Notes under the pieces: generated by a model
What the model was told of the DNA's origin: nothing
The model's database searches: none
What the model saw: the letters and a program-made list of their open reading frames with translations, nothing else
In this document: in pieces, positions 21,014 to 30,391 of the stretch
Numbering within the stretch: the stretch's first letter is position 1
Layout of the letters: each line of letters opens with the position of its first letter
Position numbers and translations under genes: made by a program
Source of the DNA: Candidatus Zixiibacteriota bacterium
GTDB taxonomy: Bacteria; Zixibacteria; MSB-5A5; UBA10806; 4484-95
DNA length: 64,000 nt
Direction of reading: 5' to 3'
NCBI GenBank assembly: GCA_029932605.1
Contig: JAOZPT010000002.1
Location: 35,739-99,738, forward strand

Positions 21014-21993
21014 AGATTTTTCTGGTATTCGATACAGAGTTGCTCGATATGTTTAGCCACTTTCAAAGCGGAAAAGCCAGCCTCTCCCGAGACGGCAGGC
21101 GGATGTTTTCCCTTGACCGCATCGATAAATGAATTTATCTCCATCTGAAGACTATCAGTGGAGGGGATATCAATATCCTCCCTGACAATGACTCGTCCGT
21201 CGGGAAGGTTAAATCGTGAGAATAACCCAGCATTCTTTGCCAATGGCGAATCAGGTTCAGTCAGAATAAAAGATTCCAGCTCTGATGACGCCATATCCAT
21301 CGAAATATAGCCTGATTTCTGGAAAACCCTAAGTTTTCGCATCTCCTTTAAAGATATCCGGCTGGCGGTTATATTAGCCACACAACCGGTGGGAAATGTC
21401 AGACGGGCGTTGACTATATCAAGCGTATCTGTGATAACTCCTACTCCTGCGGCTTCAACCGATGAGGGTTCACTGCCTATGATATCCAGAAGGAGGTCGA
21501 TATCGTGAATCATCAAATCGAGTATCACAGCCACATCATGACCTCGACCCTTAAAAGAGGCTAATCTGTGAGTTTCTACAAAGCGGGGTTTATCTATCTT
21601 TAGCCTGGCCGCCTGGTAGACCGGATTAAATCTTTCGCTATGGCCTATCTGTAATACCGCATTGTTCTTCCTGGCTGCCTCAACAATCTTCTCGGCAGAA
21701 TCCAAATCAGGAGCGATGGGCTTTTCCAGAAGCACCGCTATTTTATTTTCAAGAAATGGTAAAGAGCATTCGAGATGGTTTTGAGTTGGAACGGCAATGC
21801 AGACCGCCTTGACCTCACCGATAAATTCTGTCAACGACCTAAAAACCCGGCAATTGAATTCAGAGGCAACCTCCTGGGCTTTATCCGAAACGATGTCAAA
21901 ACACCCAATGAAATCTACATCAGGTGAAGATGTAAGTTTGGCGGCGTGGAATTTTCCCATATGCCCACAGCCTATTAACCCAGCCCTGACTAT
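21010..21993 (-). CDS. Gfo/Idh/MocA-family NAD(P)-dependent oxidoreductase (GnnA-like position in the lpx cluster). The N-terminus extends upstream of the first ATG, with a probable non-canonical ATA start
   Basis: Seen in sequence: the frame stays open upstream of the tracked ATG (21958-21960) and encodes ...IVRAGLIGCGHMGKFH..., i.e. the Rossmann GxGxxG. There is no ATG/GTG/TTG between that motif and the upstream in-frame stop. A strong SD, AGAAAGAGGAG (complement of 22001-22011), lies 7 nt upstream of an ATA (complement of 21991-21993), which overlaps the lpxA TAG stop as ATAG. Confidence 0.75.
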   Translation of the reverse strand: MVRAGLIGCGHMGKFHAAKLTSSPDVDFIGCFDIVSDKAQEVASEFNCRVFRSLTEFIGEVKAVCIAVPTQNHLECSLPFLENKIAVLLEKPIAPDLDSAEKIVEAARKNNAVLQIGHSERFNPVYQAARLKIDKPRFVETHRLASFKGRGHDVAVILDLMIHDIDLLLDIIGSEPSSVEAAGVGVITDTLDIVNARLTFPTGCVANITASRISLKEMRKLRVFQKSGYISMDMASSELESFILTEPDSPLAKNAGLFSRFNLPDGRVIVREDIDIPSTDSLQMEINSFIDAVKGKHPPAVSGEAGFSALKVAKHIEQLCIEYQKNL

Positions 21994-22763
21994 TTGATTA
22001 CTCCTCTTTCTGATGAGCGGATAAAATCGACTACCCGTTTAACCTCCGAAATCATTTCAATCTCTTCCTCTATCTTCTTTAAGGCCTCAGATGTTTTGAG
22101 CTTTTTGGAGAGCAAAAAATGAAATGCCTTTTTCAATTTTAAGATGACGTCTGCAGAAAACCCTCTTCGTTTAAGGCCGATTGTGTTCAGACCCAGGCAT
22201 CTCAATGGGTACCCGGCATCCAGACTGAAAGGTATTATATCCTGAGTAATCCGGAAACCACCACCCACCATCACATGTTCACCTATCTTACAAAACTGGT
22301 GGATCACTGTGCCCCCTCCTATTATGGTATAATCGCCAATCTCGACATGGCCTCCCATCTCCACGCAGTTGGCGATTATAACATCAGAACCTATTATGCA
22401 ATCATGAGCGACATGCGAATAGGCCATGAACAGACAGTTATTACCAATTTCGGATTTTCCATGGGCAGCGGTGCCACGGTTTAACGTAACATACTCACGG
22501 ATTATGCAGTTTGCACCAACTACGAGTTCGGTTTTCTCGCCAGCATATTTAAGATCCTGTGGAGGACCGGCTATGGCTGCGCCATGATATATCTTACAAC
22601 CCGGACCTATATGTGCCCCTGATTTTATTGAGACATGCGAATCGATCCAGACATTTTCACCGATGAGGACATCATCCTCGATAATCGAGTAAGGCCCAAT
22701 TGTGACACTGTCAGATATTTTTTTCAGATTTGCTATTATTGCGGTCTGGTGTATGTCCGGCAT
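21990..22763 (-). CDS. lpxA: Acyl-ACP--UDP-N-acetylglucosamine O-acyltransferase
   Basis: Seen in sequence: left-handed beta-helix hexapeptide repeats throughout and the LpxA-type N-terminus (IHQTAIIANLKKISDSVTIGPYSII). 257 aa. Confidence 0.9.
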   Translation of the reverse strand: MPDIHQTAIIANLKKISDSVTIGPYSIIEDDVLIGENVWIDSHVSIKSGAHIGPGCKIYHGAAIAGPPQDLKYAGEKTELVVGANCIIREYVTLNRGTAAHGKSEIGNNCLFMAYSHVAHDCIIGSDVIIANCVEMGGHVEIGDYTIIGGGTVIHQFCKIGEHVMVGGGFRITQDIIPFSLDAGYPLRCLGLNTIGLKRRGFSADVILKLKKAFHFLLSKKLKTSEALKKIEEEIEMISEVKRVVDFIRSSERGVIK

Positions 22764-22824
22764 TGTAATTGTGCCTCAGCCGTAAAATCTTTCTATGTTC
22801 ATTTCATAATATGGAATCATTGCC

Positions 22825-24072
22825 TTACTTACCTCTCGGCCCACCGTAAAGCCCCATATCCGAGCGACTGCCATCGTTATCTGTTATCTCTGGGTCGCCT
22901 GCGTTAATACATGGCGAGTCCGGCCTGAGATGGTAATCGTTCTGGCCGACAAACATCGGTTCAACCGAGATATTACCTGATTTATCTGTAAGGTCCGGCA
23001 TATCACGATACTCGCCATCATGATTATTGTAAATATTATTGTGCGATATGATAAAGTTTTTAAGATAACCGTAGTTCCAGAGACCAACCCGTGGGCAAAC
23101 CCATTCCTCCCGCCAGCCATTTTCGGTTACGATATTATTGGCAAACCGCCCACTGCAAACATCCGACCATATAGCCAATCCACAGTTGCCGTTTTTCGTT
23201 ACCACATTATTGGTGACATCCATATAGGCTTTGTTGGTGACAATTATTCCCCAACCCAGATTATCGGTCACCAGATTATTGGAGACAATCGCCCGGCTAG
23301 CACCGAAAGCTCCAATACCTTTCCAGTAGTTGCTGATCTTGTTTCGATATATTTGCGCGGATGCATCCCAAGTAATGCCGATTCCGGCGCCACGACCACC
23401 GTTGATATCGTTGTCGGCTATAACGGCAGTAGCCCCACGATATAAGGCTATTCCATCCCAGCCGTTGTTGAAGAACCGATTACCCAGGATGAATAGTTCA
23501 GCCCCCTCACGGCCGAATACTCCTCCGATACCCACTGCTAACTCCTCAGGCCGGTCAGTGTTGTCAGCAATCAAACACTCTAATACAGTAACCCTCGAGT
23601 TGCGCACAACTATAGCGGCATCAGTAGCGTTACCGTCAGGATCGCGTTTACCGCCCGTGATTTTTACTTTAGTAATAACTGAATTAGGAGAATTTAAAAA
23701 GAGCACACCGTAACCCGCATTGGTTACAAGTGTTGTCGAATCCACTCCAGAACCTATAACAGTCAAACTTTTATCCTTTATAAGAAAACCATAGCTGGCT
23801 TTTACTTTTGTAATATGGGTTTCGCAGTTACCGCAGAGCGTTTCTGCAAATGCATGTGTTTTCGATTCGAATAATCCCGGGCCTATCCTGATAGTATCAT
23901 CATCGACTGCATTATCTATGGCTGTTTGAAAATCATCATAAAAATTTATCTTGATACCCGTAGTGTCCTTACTAAGACCGATCCGGTGCTCGAATGTGCT
24001 ATCGCCAACGTATACAACAGCACCATTTGAAATAATGGCGCTTAACAAGACAATTATCAGTCCAAACCTCAT
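22825..24072 (-). CDS. Secreted right-handed parallel beta-helix repeat protein (pectate-lyase-like or NosD-like fold)
   Basis: Seen in sequence: signal peptide, then many N-N-x-I/V-x-x-N repeats (NNLVTDN, NNVVTKN, NNIVTEN) typical of parallel beta-helix proteins. Confidence 0.65.
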   Translation of the reverse strand: MRFGLIIVLLSAIISNGAVVYVGDSTFEHRIGLSKDTTGIKINFYDDFQTAIDNAVDDDTIRIGPGLFESKTHAFAETLCGNCETHITKVKASYGFLIKDKSLTVIGSGVDSTTLVTNAGYGVLFLNSPNSVITKVKITGGKRDPDGNATDAAIVVRNSRVTVLECLIADNTDRPEELAVGIGGVFGREGAELFILGNRFFNNGWDGIALYRGATAVIADNDINGGRGAGIGITWDASAQIYRNKISNYWKGIGAFGASRAIVSNNLVTDNLGWGIIVTNKAYMDVTNNVVTKNGNCGLAIWSDVCSGRFANNIVTENGWREEWVCPRVGLWNYGYLKNFIISHNNIYNNHDGEYRDMPDLTDKSGNISVEPMFVGQNDYHLRPDSPCINAGDPEITDNDGSRSDMGLYGGPRGK

Positions 24073-24131
24073 GTAGGATATATATAATTTCGCCTTCTCC
24101 AGGTCAATCCGTTTTTAAACTGACATCATTT

Positions 24132-24161
24132 CAAACAAAAAGGGGAAAAGCCAATTCCCCT
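24132..24161 (-). terminator. Rho-independent terminator after the ABC/GldG/DUF4340 operon
   Basis: Seen in sequence: a perfect 7-bp stem, aggggaa-aagccaa-ttcccct (24141-24161). On the minus strand it is followed by UUUUGUUUG (complement of 24132-24140), just downstream of the DUF4340 stop. Confidence 0.6.
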
Positions 24162-24201
24162 TTAATCTCTACTGACAAGTTTTATTATATCTCAATAGTT
24201 C

Positions 24202-25203
24202 TCAATCTTTTTCAAACGGCTTTTCAAATAGCGAGCTGAAATAGTAATTCGTTACCTTATAAACAAATGGCTTACCTTTAACCATTGCATAAACGTTTTT
24301 AGATGTCGTATCGATCATGTTGCCGAACTCAAAGCTTATCGTCTCACCATCGGTGGTGGTTATGCTGGCAATATACTTCGGCTTGGCAAAACCTAATTCA
24401 GCCGGGTTATCTGGCTTAAATATATCGTTACCTCTGATAGTTGTGAGCCGGTTCAAAATGTTCTGTATGTCTTTATCCTCAAGTATCTTTCCCTTTTTCG
24501 GTTTGATCTGCTGCCAGACATATTTTATCGGCTCAAGAGTATCCTCTGTGGCCTGTTCCTTTTTCTCAAACAGGTATTTTTTACGTTTAGCGACAATCTC
24601 GATTGATTTAACATCGTCTTTGTTGACATCGGCCATCTTTAGCTCGGTCCACCTATTGACGGGCATTTTCTTTGAGGGTTCAGCCTGCCATACCGCAAAG
24701 CGAGAAATGAAATTCTCGTTAACCATATAAACGGTGTCACTATTGTAATTGCGAATAAAGCTCGACCGAGAGGCCTGTTTCACGCCCTTACCAACTAGAA
24801 AATGAGCAACCTCTGATGAATCAGGACCTAAAAACTCGAGGTGCAACGCCAAACTATCAGTGATTTCATAGTCATCGAAAAGCTCCGGTTTGGTAGAGCG
24901 GATTTCACCCTTGATGTTTTTTGCATCTTGAAGGATTTTTTCGATATCGCTTTGTTTGCCAGGAACATCATAATACGATGAGATAACCCACTGCCCCTCT
25001 TTTTTGGCAAATGCTAAACCGGAATCTGGATATTCCTGCTTGTAAACCTTTATGTAACTGACGCTGGAGGGATTCAAATCGGGGAATAGTTGAATGAAGC
25101 TTTCCGTTGCACTTTTCCTGCCGGTAGATAAATTTTGAATTATATAGACAATTATAAGAACCCCCAGAACCGACAACAGAACAATAAAGCTCTTGTTTCT
25201 CAT
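24202..25203 (-). CDS. DUF4340-like protein (GldG-associated)
   Basis: Seen in sequence: N-terminal TM anchor, 333 aa. Established knowledge: DUF4340 genes typically sit immediately downstream of GldG-type ABC auxiliary proteins. Confidence 0.55.
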   Translation of the reverse strand: MRNKSFIVLLSVLGVLIIVYIIQNLSTGRKSATESFIQLFPDLNPSSVSYIKVYKQEYPDSGLAFAKKEGQWVISSYYDVPGKQSDIEKILQDAKNIKGEIRSTKPELFDDYEITDSLALHLEFLGPDSSEVAHFLVGKGVKQASRSSFIRNYNSDTVYMVNENFISRFAVWQAEPSKKMPVNRWTELKMADVNKDDVKSIEIVAKRKKYLFEKKEQATEDTLEPIKYVWQQIKPKKGKILEDKDIQNILNRLTTIRGNDIFKPDNPAELGFAKPKYIASITTTDGETISFEFGNMIDTTSKNVYAMVKGKPFVYKVTNYYFSSLFEKPFEKD

Positions 25204-25213
25204 TTAACTCACC

Positions 25214-27664
25214 TCATAAAGTTGATTGTTCGAGCAAACGATGATAAGCCTCTCGCCTTTGACGTCTCATCATGTATCGCACAATGCCAATCACAATTAA
25301 AATCAAAGGCACTAAAATAATCACGAAAAATCTCCAAAACATCTTGGCCGCAGCCGTAGTTTCATCGATAAACCTTGTTGTTATCATCTTGGTTCGGACA
25401 TTGATGAGATCATTACCCAAAACAAGGGCATCGACCGAATTAAGCATCAAGAGGGCATTACCAACCGCTCCTACGATTTGATCTGAAAACATTTCCCCAC
25501 ATCCAAATAATATCATCTTACCGGGAGATTTTTTAATCTTTACAGGTTCGTTATTGACCCCGGTAGTGTCCGATTGGCCAGGCCATTTGGGTGGTGGTGT
25601 ATTCTCATAGGCATCGGGAAATTGACCAGTAACAAGAAGTGCCAGAAACTGTGGTCCCAACATTTCATGATTTTTAGGATCGATATCTTCAGGAGTAAGT
25701 GCCCCGGCGGAGAAAGGAACGGTCCAGGTCCTTGGTGATGACGTGCAAAGTACTTTACAGTCAAGGCCCAGCTCCGACAGTTTGCTCTCATCATATTTTA
25801 AACTACTACCCCAGAGATACAACAAGCTAGAAATCCTGTTGGTGATTGATACTTCCGAGTTCAACTCTTTATCGGTAACTTTAATCTGTATAGGCAGTTT
25901 TACCGGTGTTTGAACGGTTGTAGTCAAAAATCCACCTATGGTCTGCCTGGTGGGAATCGAGAGCACCTCCTGATTTGCATCCATCAGTATATCATCGTTG
26001 ACTGAAAGGCCATAGTGCTCGAGAAGGTCATTGACTCCCGGACGGTTAGGCGAGGGTACAACCCTAATACCAGCACCACGTTGTGGCATATAATTAAAGC
26101 TGTAGTTCTGTATCCCCATTATCACATTTTTACCGGAGACGATCGCTCTGTTTATCTCCCAGCGCTGCCGGTCAGAGAGGTTTCGGGGAGACAATACAAT
26201 CATCAGGTCAAAATCATCAGGCAATGGATCCGATTGAGTCATCTCTGTCCTGATGACCTCATAATCCTCGTTTTGGAGGATTTTAGCAACGCTGGTGAAT
26301 CTATCCTCCTTTTCAGGTATGTCCTGACCCATTTGCCTTAAATATCGTTGCATGCGCGGATCCTGCTGGGAGATATCATAAGGTGCAACTAATACTACTC
26401 TGGGTTTCTTATCCATAGTCATCCTAAATATCTTGGATAAGAGCTCATATTCAAGATTGGCGAGGTTTTGAGGGGTAACCTGAGGAATGATTTGATCTGG
26501 TTTATCAAGGTATGAGATAGCAATGGCGGAATAAATCCTTTTTATACCAAAAGAATCTTTCTCAACCGTCCGAGTATCAAACGGATACACACCCTTTTGC
26601 TCGAGAGTCCCAACCATATCGACATCGGCCGTAGGGTCAATAACCTCGAAGCGGAAGCGGTCTGAAACAACCTCGAACTCACGTAAAAGGTCTGTGACTT
26701 CCTGCTCGATATTCTTCATAGCCGGAGGCATCTTCTCCCTAGGAGAAACATAGTAACGAACAGTTATTGGAGCATCCTTGAGTTTTTTGAGAATATTTTT
26801 TGATGCTGGACTGATCGTGTAAATTTTCCCCTCGGTAAGGTCAAATCGTCCTAAATGTAAATTGCCAGCGACCAGGTTCAACATTATGGCTACGGCTAAA
26901 CCAATTATCGCATTAACAGCAAACCTCTTCTCGGCCAGCCGGCGCATTAACTGTTCGACCGTTACAGAATTTAGCCACAAAAACAAAACTGTATATGAAG
27001 CGAAATATATTATGTCTCGTATATCAAGCACACCTCGCTCTATTGATGAGAAATGGGTAGCTGTTCCAACGGATTGCATCAGAAATGAACCTAGACCACC
27101 AAACCAACCGTCCAGAACTATGGCGATATAGTCAGTTCCAAGCATGTAAAACACAAAGCAAGCTACCATGCTTAATATGAAGGCTATAATCTGGTCTTTG
27201 AACAAGCCCGATATAAAAATACCGACTGAGAGGTAAAACGCTCCCAGAAAAGCGGCGCCTAAATATCCCCCGAAAATAGGTCCTATATCAGGATTGCCCA
27301 GAAAGAGAATCATTATCGGGATGACAATAGTACCAGCAAGAGATACCAGATAAAATAAAAAGCTGGCTAAAAATTTGCCAACAACCAGTTGACTCCCGGT
27401 AATGGGAAATGATTGTAAAAGGGCTATTGTACCGCCCTTGGCATCCTCCGACCAGAGACGCATCGTCACCGCTGGAATAAAAATGATAAGGGATATTGGC
27501 AAGAGGGCAAAAAATCCGCGCATATCAGCAGTCCCAGCAAGGAAAAACGAGGTCATGAACAAACCGCTGTTAACCGCTAAAAAAACAATAATAAATATGT
27601 AAGCTATGGGAGCGTTAAAATAGGCGACAAACTCACGTATGAATATGGTTTTTATGTTTTTCAT
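25214..27664 (-). CDS. Fused ABC-2 type permease (GldF-like) and GldG-like ABC-associated auxiliary domain protein
   Basis: Seen in sequence: N-terminal ~250 aa with six hydrophobic helices (ABC-2 permease-like), followed by a large domain with GldG-like character and a C-terminal TM helix. The likely true start, MKNIKTIF (ATG 27662-27664), overlaps the upstream ATPase TGA stop as ATGA, whereas the tracked ORF extends 27 codons further upstream. Confidence 0.7.
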   Translation of the reverse strand: MKNIKTIFIREFVAYFNAPIAYIFIIVFLAVNSGLFMTSFFLAGTADMRGFFALLPISLIIFIPAVTMRLWSEDAKGGTIALLQSFPITGSQLVVGKFLASFLFYLVSLAGTIVIPIMILFLGNPDIGPIFGGYLGAAFLGAFYLSVGIFISGLFKDQIIAFILSMVACFVFYMLGTDYIAIVLDGWFGGLGSFLMQSVGTATHFSSIERGVLDIRDIIYFASYTVLFLWLNSVTVEQLMRRLAEKRFAVNAIIGLAVAIMLNLVAGNLHLGRFDLTEGKIYTISPASKNILKKLKDAPITVRYYVSPREKMPPAMKNIEQEVTDLLREFEVVSDRFRFEVIDPTADVDMVGTLEQKGVYPFDTRTVEKDSFGIKRIYSAIAISYLDKPDQIIPQVTPQNLANLEYELLSKIFRMTMDKKPRVVLVAPYDISQQDPRMQRYLRQMGQDIPEKEDRFTSVAKILQNEDYEVIRTEMTQSDPLPDDFDLMIVLSPRNLSDRQRWEINRAIVSGKNVIMGIQNYSFNYMPQRGAGIRVVPSPNRPGVNDLLEHYGLSVNDDILMDANQEVLSIPTRQTIGGFLTTTVQTPVKLPIQIKVTDKELNSEVSITNRISSLLYLWGSSLKYDESKLSELGLDCKVLCTSSPRTWTVPFSAGALTPEDIDPKNHEMLGPQFLALLVTGQFPDAYENTPPPKWPGQSDTTGVNNEPVKIKKSPGKMILFGCGEMFSDQIVGAVGNALLMLNSVDALVLGNDLINVRTKMITTRFIDETTAAAKMFWRFFVIILVPLILIVIGIVRYMMRRQRREAYHRLLEQSTL

Positions 27665-28602
27665 TTTCCTGCACTCTCCTTGGTCAGTTGGATAAAGGCC
27701 TGCTCGAGACTTGATTTGCTGGGGGAAAACTCCTTTACCAACCAACCTTCTGTTTTAACCTTCTCCGAAATGGCTTTCCAGTCCTTCTCAAAATCGGTGC
27801 TAGTGATAATGAACCGGCTAAATTCTCCATCACCACCTGTATATTCAAGGTGAATATTCCCATTAAAATCCTTAAACGAGGCTTCAACTTTCTGCCTCTC
27901 TGCTTTTATTTCAAGAACATAACCTTGGTTCTCACCAGCCATCTGCCTGAGTTCATCAGGAGTGCCATCAGCTATGATTATTCCCTCGTTGATAATGACT
28001 ATTCGGTCGGATATGGCCTCAACCTCCTGTAAAATATGTGTGGAAAATATAATGGTCTTGTGAGCTGAAAGCTCCTTAATAAGTTGCCGTATGCCAATAA
28101 TTTGAAGAGGATCAAGCCCCGAGGTCGGTTCATCCATGACCAATACTTCAGGGTCATGTATCAAGGCCTGAGCCAATCCTACTCGTTGACGGAATCCTCG
28201 TGAAAGCTCACCGATGGGGCGGCGAAAAACCTCCTTTATTTTGCAAGAGTTAACCACCCAATCGATCCTGGACCTCAAACGATTGTTATCAAGACCTCGG
28301 CCTTTACCAACGAACTCCAGATATTCTACCACCTCCATGTCGTTGTAAAGAGGAGCTGTCTCCGGAAGGTATCCTACCTTTTTACGCACCTCTATCGGGT
28401 CTTCAAGGATGTCGATTCCAGCAACAGTAACCGTGCCATCAGTAGGAACCATCTGGGTGGTTACAATTTTCATACAGGTAGTCTTACCAGCACCATTAGG
28501 CCCCATAAGCCCCATCACCTGGTTGGAGGAAGCGACAAAGGAGACATCGATCAAGGCCTTGGTTGTTCCGTAATTCATATAAAGATTTTTAACTTCAACC
28601 AT
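27661..28602 (-). CDS. ABC transporter ATP-binding protein (GldA-like)
   Basis: Seen in sequence: Walker A (GLMGPNGAGKTT), ABC signature (LSRGFRQRVGLAQAL) and Walker B (VLVMDEPTSGLD). 313 aa. Confidence 0.9.
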   Translation of the reverse strand: MVEVKNLYMNYGTTKALIDVSFVASSNQVMGLMGPNGAGKTTCMKIVTTQMVPTDGTVTVAGIDILEDPIEVRKKVGYLPETAPLYNDMEVVEYLEFVGKGRGLDNNRLRSRIDWVVNSCKIKEVFRRPIGELSRGFRQRVGLAQALIHDPEVLVMDEPTSGLDPLQIIGIRQLIKELSAHKTIIFSTHILQEVEAISDRIVIINEGIIIADGTPDELRQMAGENQGYVLEIKAERQKVEASFKDFNGNIHLEYTGGDGEFSRFIITSTDFEKDWKAISEKVKTEGWLVKEFSPSKSSLEQAFIQLTKESAGK

Positions 28603-28823
28603 CCATCACTCCTTTTATCATTGTTAAACACACCCACAAAAACCGATAGCCCAAATTGTTTTTTTTTACTTATAGGGCCAATTATTGTTCATCAAAAATA
28701 TTATTTTTTCACCATTTAGCAAGAAAAAATATCTATGAATTATGTCCTCTCTCTTTAGTTATGCTTTGTTTTTTTCTAAATCCCGTGCTTGACTCAAATA
28801 ACCATATCCTTTATCATTGTTTT

Positions 28824-30332
28824 ATGCAAATGGCTGTAAAGTTGACCATTGTTATTATGATAACGTTCTTTTTGTTTGCCTATGCTATCCCTGCAGATTA
28901 CGACAATCCTAATCTTTTCGACCGGTTAGATCCAAGGTTGCCCGGCCATAGAGCTATCCTCCTTTCACGCTTGCAGGTGGCTTCGGGAAACATACCGTCG
29001 GTAGATTATAAGCAGTTAAGTAGAATAAGCCAAAGAGGTTTAAACAGAGAATTTTTTAATTTTCTCAAAAAGCCGAGAGCATACCCATTCAATTTTACGA
29101 AAGATGACTTCAGGTTCTCAGCCGGTTTTCAAATCAAAGAGGACTGGCTGGGCATTGCTGAAGGTGGAGAAAGTATTAGCAACTTACAAACAGTTCTGAC
29201 AATTAAGGGTAAGGCAATTCTGAAAGATAAAATAGAATTTCACCAGGATTTAACATTATTCCGCGCCGATAGCACTGAAAATCTCAATGATATCTCAACT
29301 ACCGGTGAATTCTTAAAAGATCCACTGCTCTCTTATCCGCTGGCTGGTCGTGGACCCGTAGCCTCAAGCCAAAACATCTTGGATGTACAAACTGACAGAG
29401 CTTTCATCAAAACCGAGCTTTACGGTATCGGCATCCAGTTTGGCAGAGATCGATTACAGTTCAAAATAGGGTATCATTCAGGTTTGTTGTTTTCAGGTTT
29501 GACACGTCCAGTGGATATGTTTTACAAGCTGGATTATAATGTCTGGCGATTTAGTTTTACAGCTTTATCAGGTCAGTTAACCGATGCCGGTAAAAGATAC
29601 ATATCTGCCAAAAGGGCAACTCTCAGATTAGCCCATAATCTTCAAATTGGGGCTACCGAGGCTGTTGGCTTTGCTGATGATCCAACCGCTTATATCAACC
29701 CTCTTATGTTGTTTTACCTGATCCATCGCCACCGCCCCAACAACCAGGATAATTTATTGGCTTCGTTCGACATATCATATACACCAATGAAAAATCTCAA
29801 TCTTTACGGTGAATTTCTTGATGATGATCTTATTCTATTCGAAGGGGGCGCCTCAAAATACGGTTTTTTATTTGGTTTGTATAAATCCCAACTGTTTTCT
29901 GAAAGGGTCGACTTAAGACTTGAGTATTCGCATGTAAGAAAATGGACCTATACCCATGTCAGCCTGATAAACGCCTGGGAGTATCGTGGTCAGCCATTCG
30001 GTTTCTGGCTTGGCCCTGACGCCGATGAGCTATTCGGACAATTAAATTTCTTTCTATCGCCCTCCTCGGTATTGAAAATAAACTTTGATTATGTGCGTAA
30101 GGGCGAGGGCGATATGTATCATCCTTATGAAGAAGAACAGGGGGACAAATCGCCTCCTTTTCCTTCCGGATTGGTCGAAAAATCGACAGGCTCATGGTTT
30201 GATGTAAGACATGAGTTTTCCAGATTTATATTTCTTTCTCGCCTGGGCTATCGCTTTATAGATAACCGTCTTAATATACCGGATGATGTCGATAGTTACT
30301 TTGCTCATATAGTGATCGTTTATGATTTTTAA
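28824..30332 (+). CDS. Outer-membrane beta-barrel protein, possibly Wzi-like capsule-assembly family
   Basis: Seen in sequence: a signal peptide, from the ATG at 28824 (MQMAVKLTIVIMITFFLFAYAIPA) in preference to the tracked TTG at 28656. Alternating-hydrophobic beta-strand patterning follows, ending in -IVYDF, with a Y/W-rich RKWTYTHVSLINAWEY block. The family call is a tentative inference. Confidence 0.45.
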   Translation: MQMAVKLTIVIMITFFLFAYAIPADYDNPNLFDRLDPRLPGHRAILLSRLQVASGNIPSVDYKQLSRISQRGLNREFFNFLKKPRAYPFNFTKDDFRFSAGFQIKEDWLGIAEGGESISNLQTVLTIKGKAILKDKIEFHQDLTLFRADSTENLNDISTTGEFLKDPLLSYPLAGRGPVASSQNILDVQTDRAFIKTELYGIGIQFGRDRLQFKIGYHSGLLFSGLTRPVDMFYKLDYNVWRFSFTALSGQLTDAGKRYISAKRATLRLAHNLQIGATEAVGFADDPTAYINPLMLFYLIHRHRPNNQDNLLASFDISYTPMKNLNLYGEFLDDDLILFEGGASKYGFLFGLYKSQLFSERVDLRLEYSHVRKWTYTHVSLINAWEYRGQPFGFWLGPDADELFGQLNFFLSPSSVLKINFDYVRKGEGDMYHPYEEEQGDKSPPFPSGLVEKSTGSWFDVRHEFSRFIFLSRLGYRFIDNRLNIPDDVDSYFAHIVIVYDF

Positions 30333-30391
30333 AACGACTAAAACCGTTCAAGGCATAATCGACACCGATAATATAAACTATTTATAATATC

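Noticed and set aside
27665-27745. 27-codon N-terminal extension of the permease-GldG ORF overlapping the ABC ATPase gene
   Set aside because: The ATGA stop/start overlap at 27661-27664 with MKNIKTIF directly entering the first TM helix is the more parsimonious start.
28656-28823. TTG-initiated N-terminal extension of the Wzi-like ORF (MFFFTYRANYCSS...)
   Set aside because: The extension is not signal-peptide-like and overlaps the divergent promoter region. The downstream ATG at 28824 gives a proper signal peptide.
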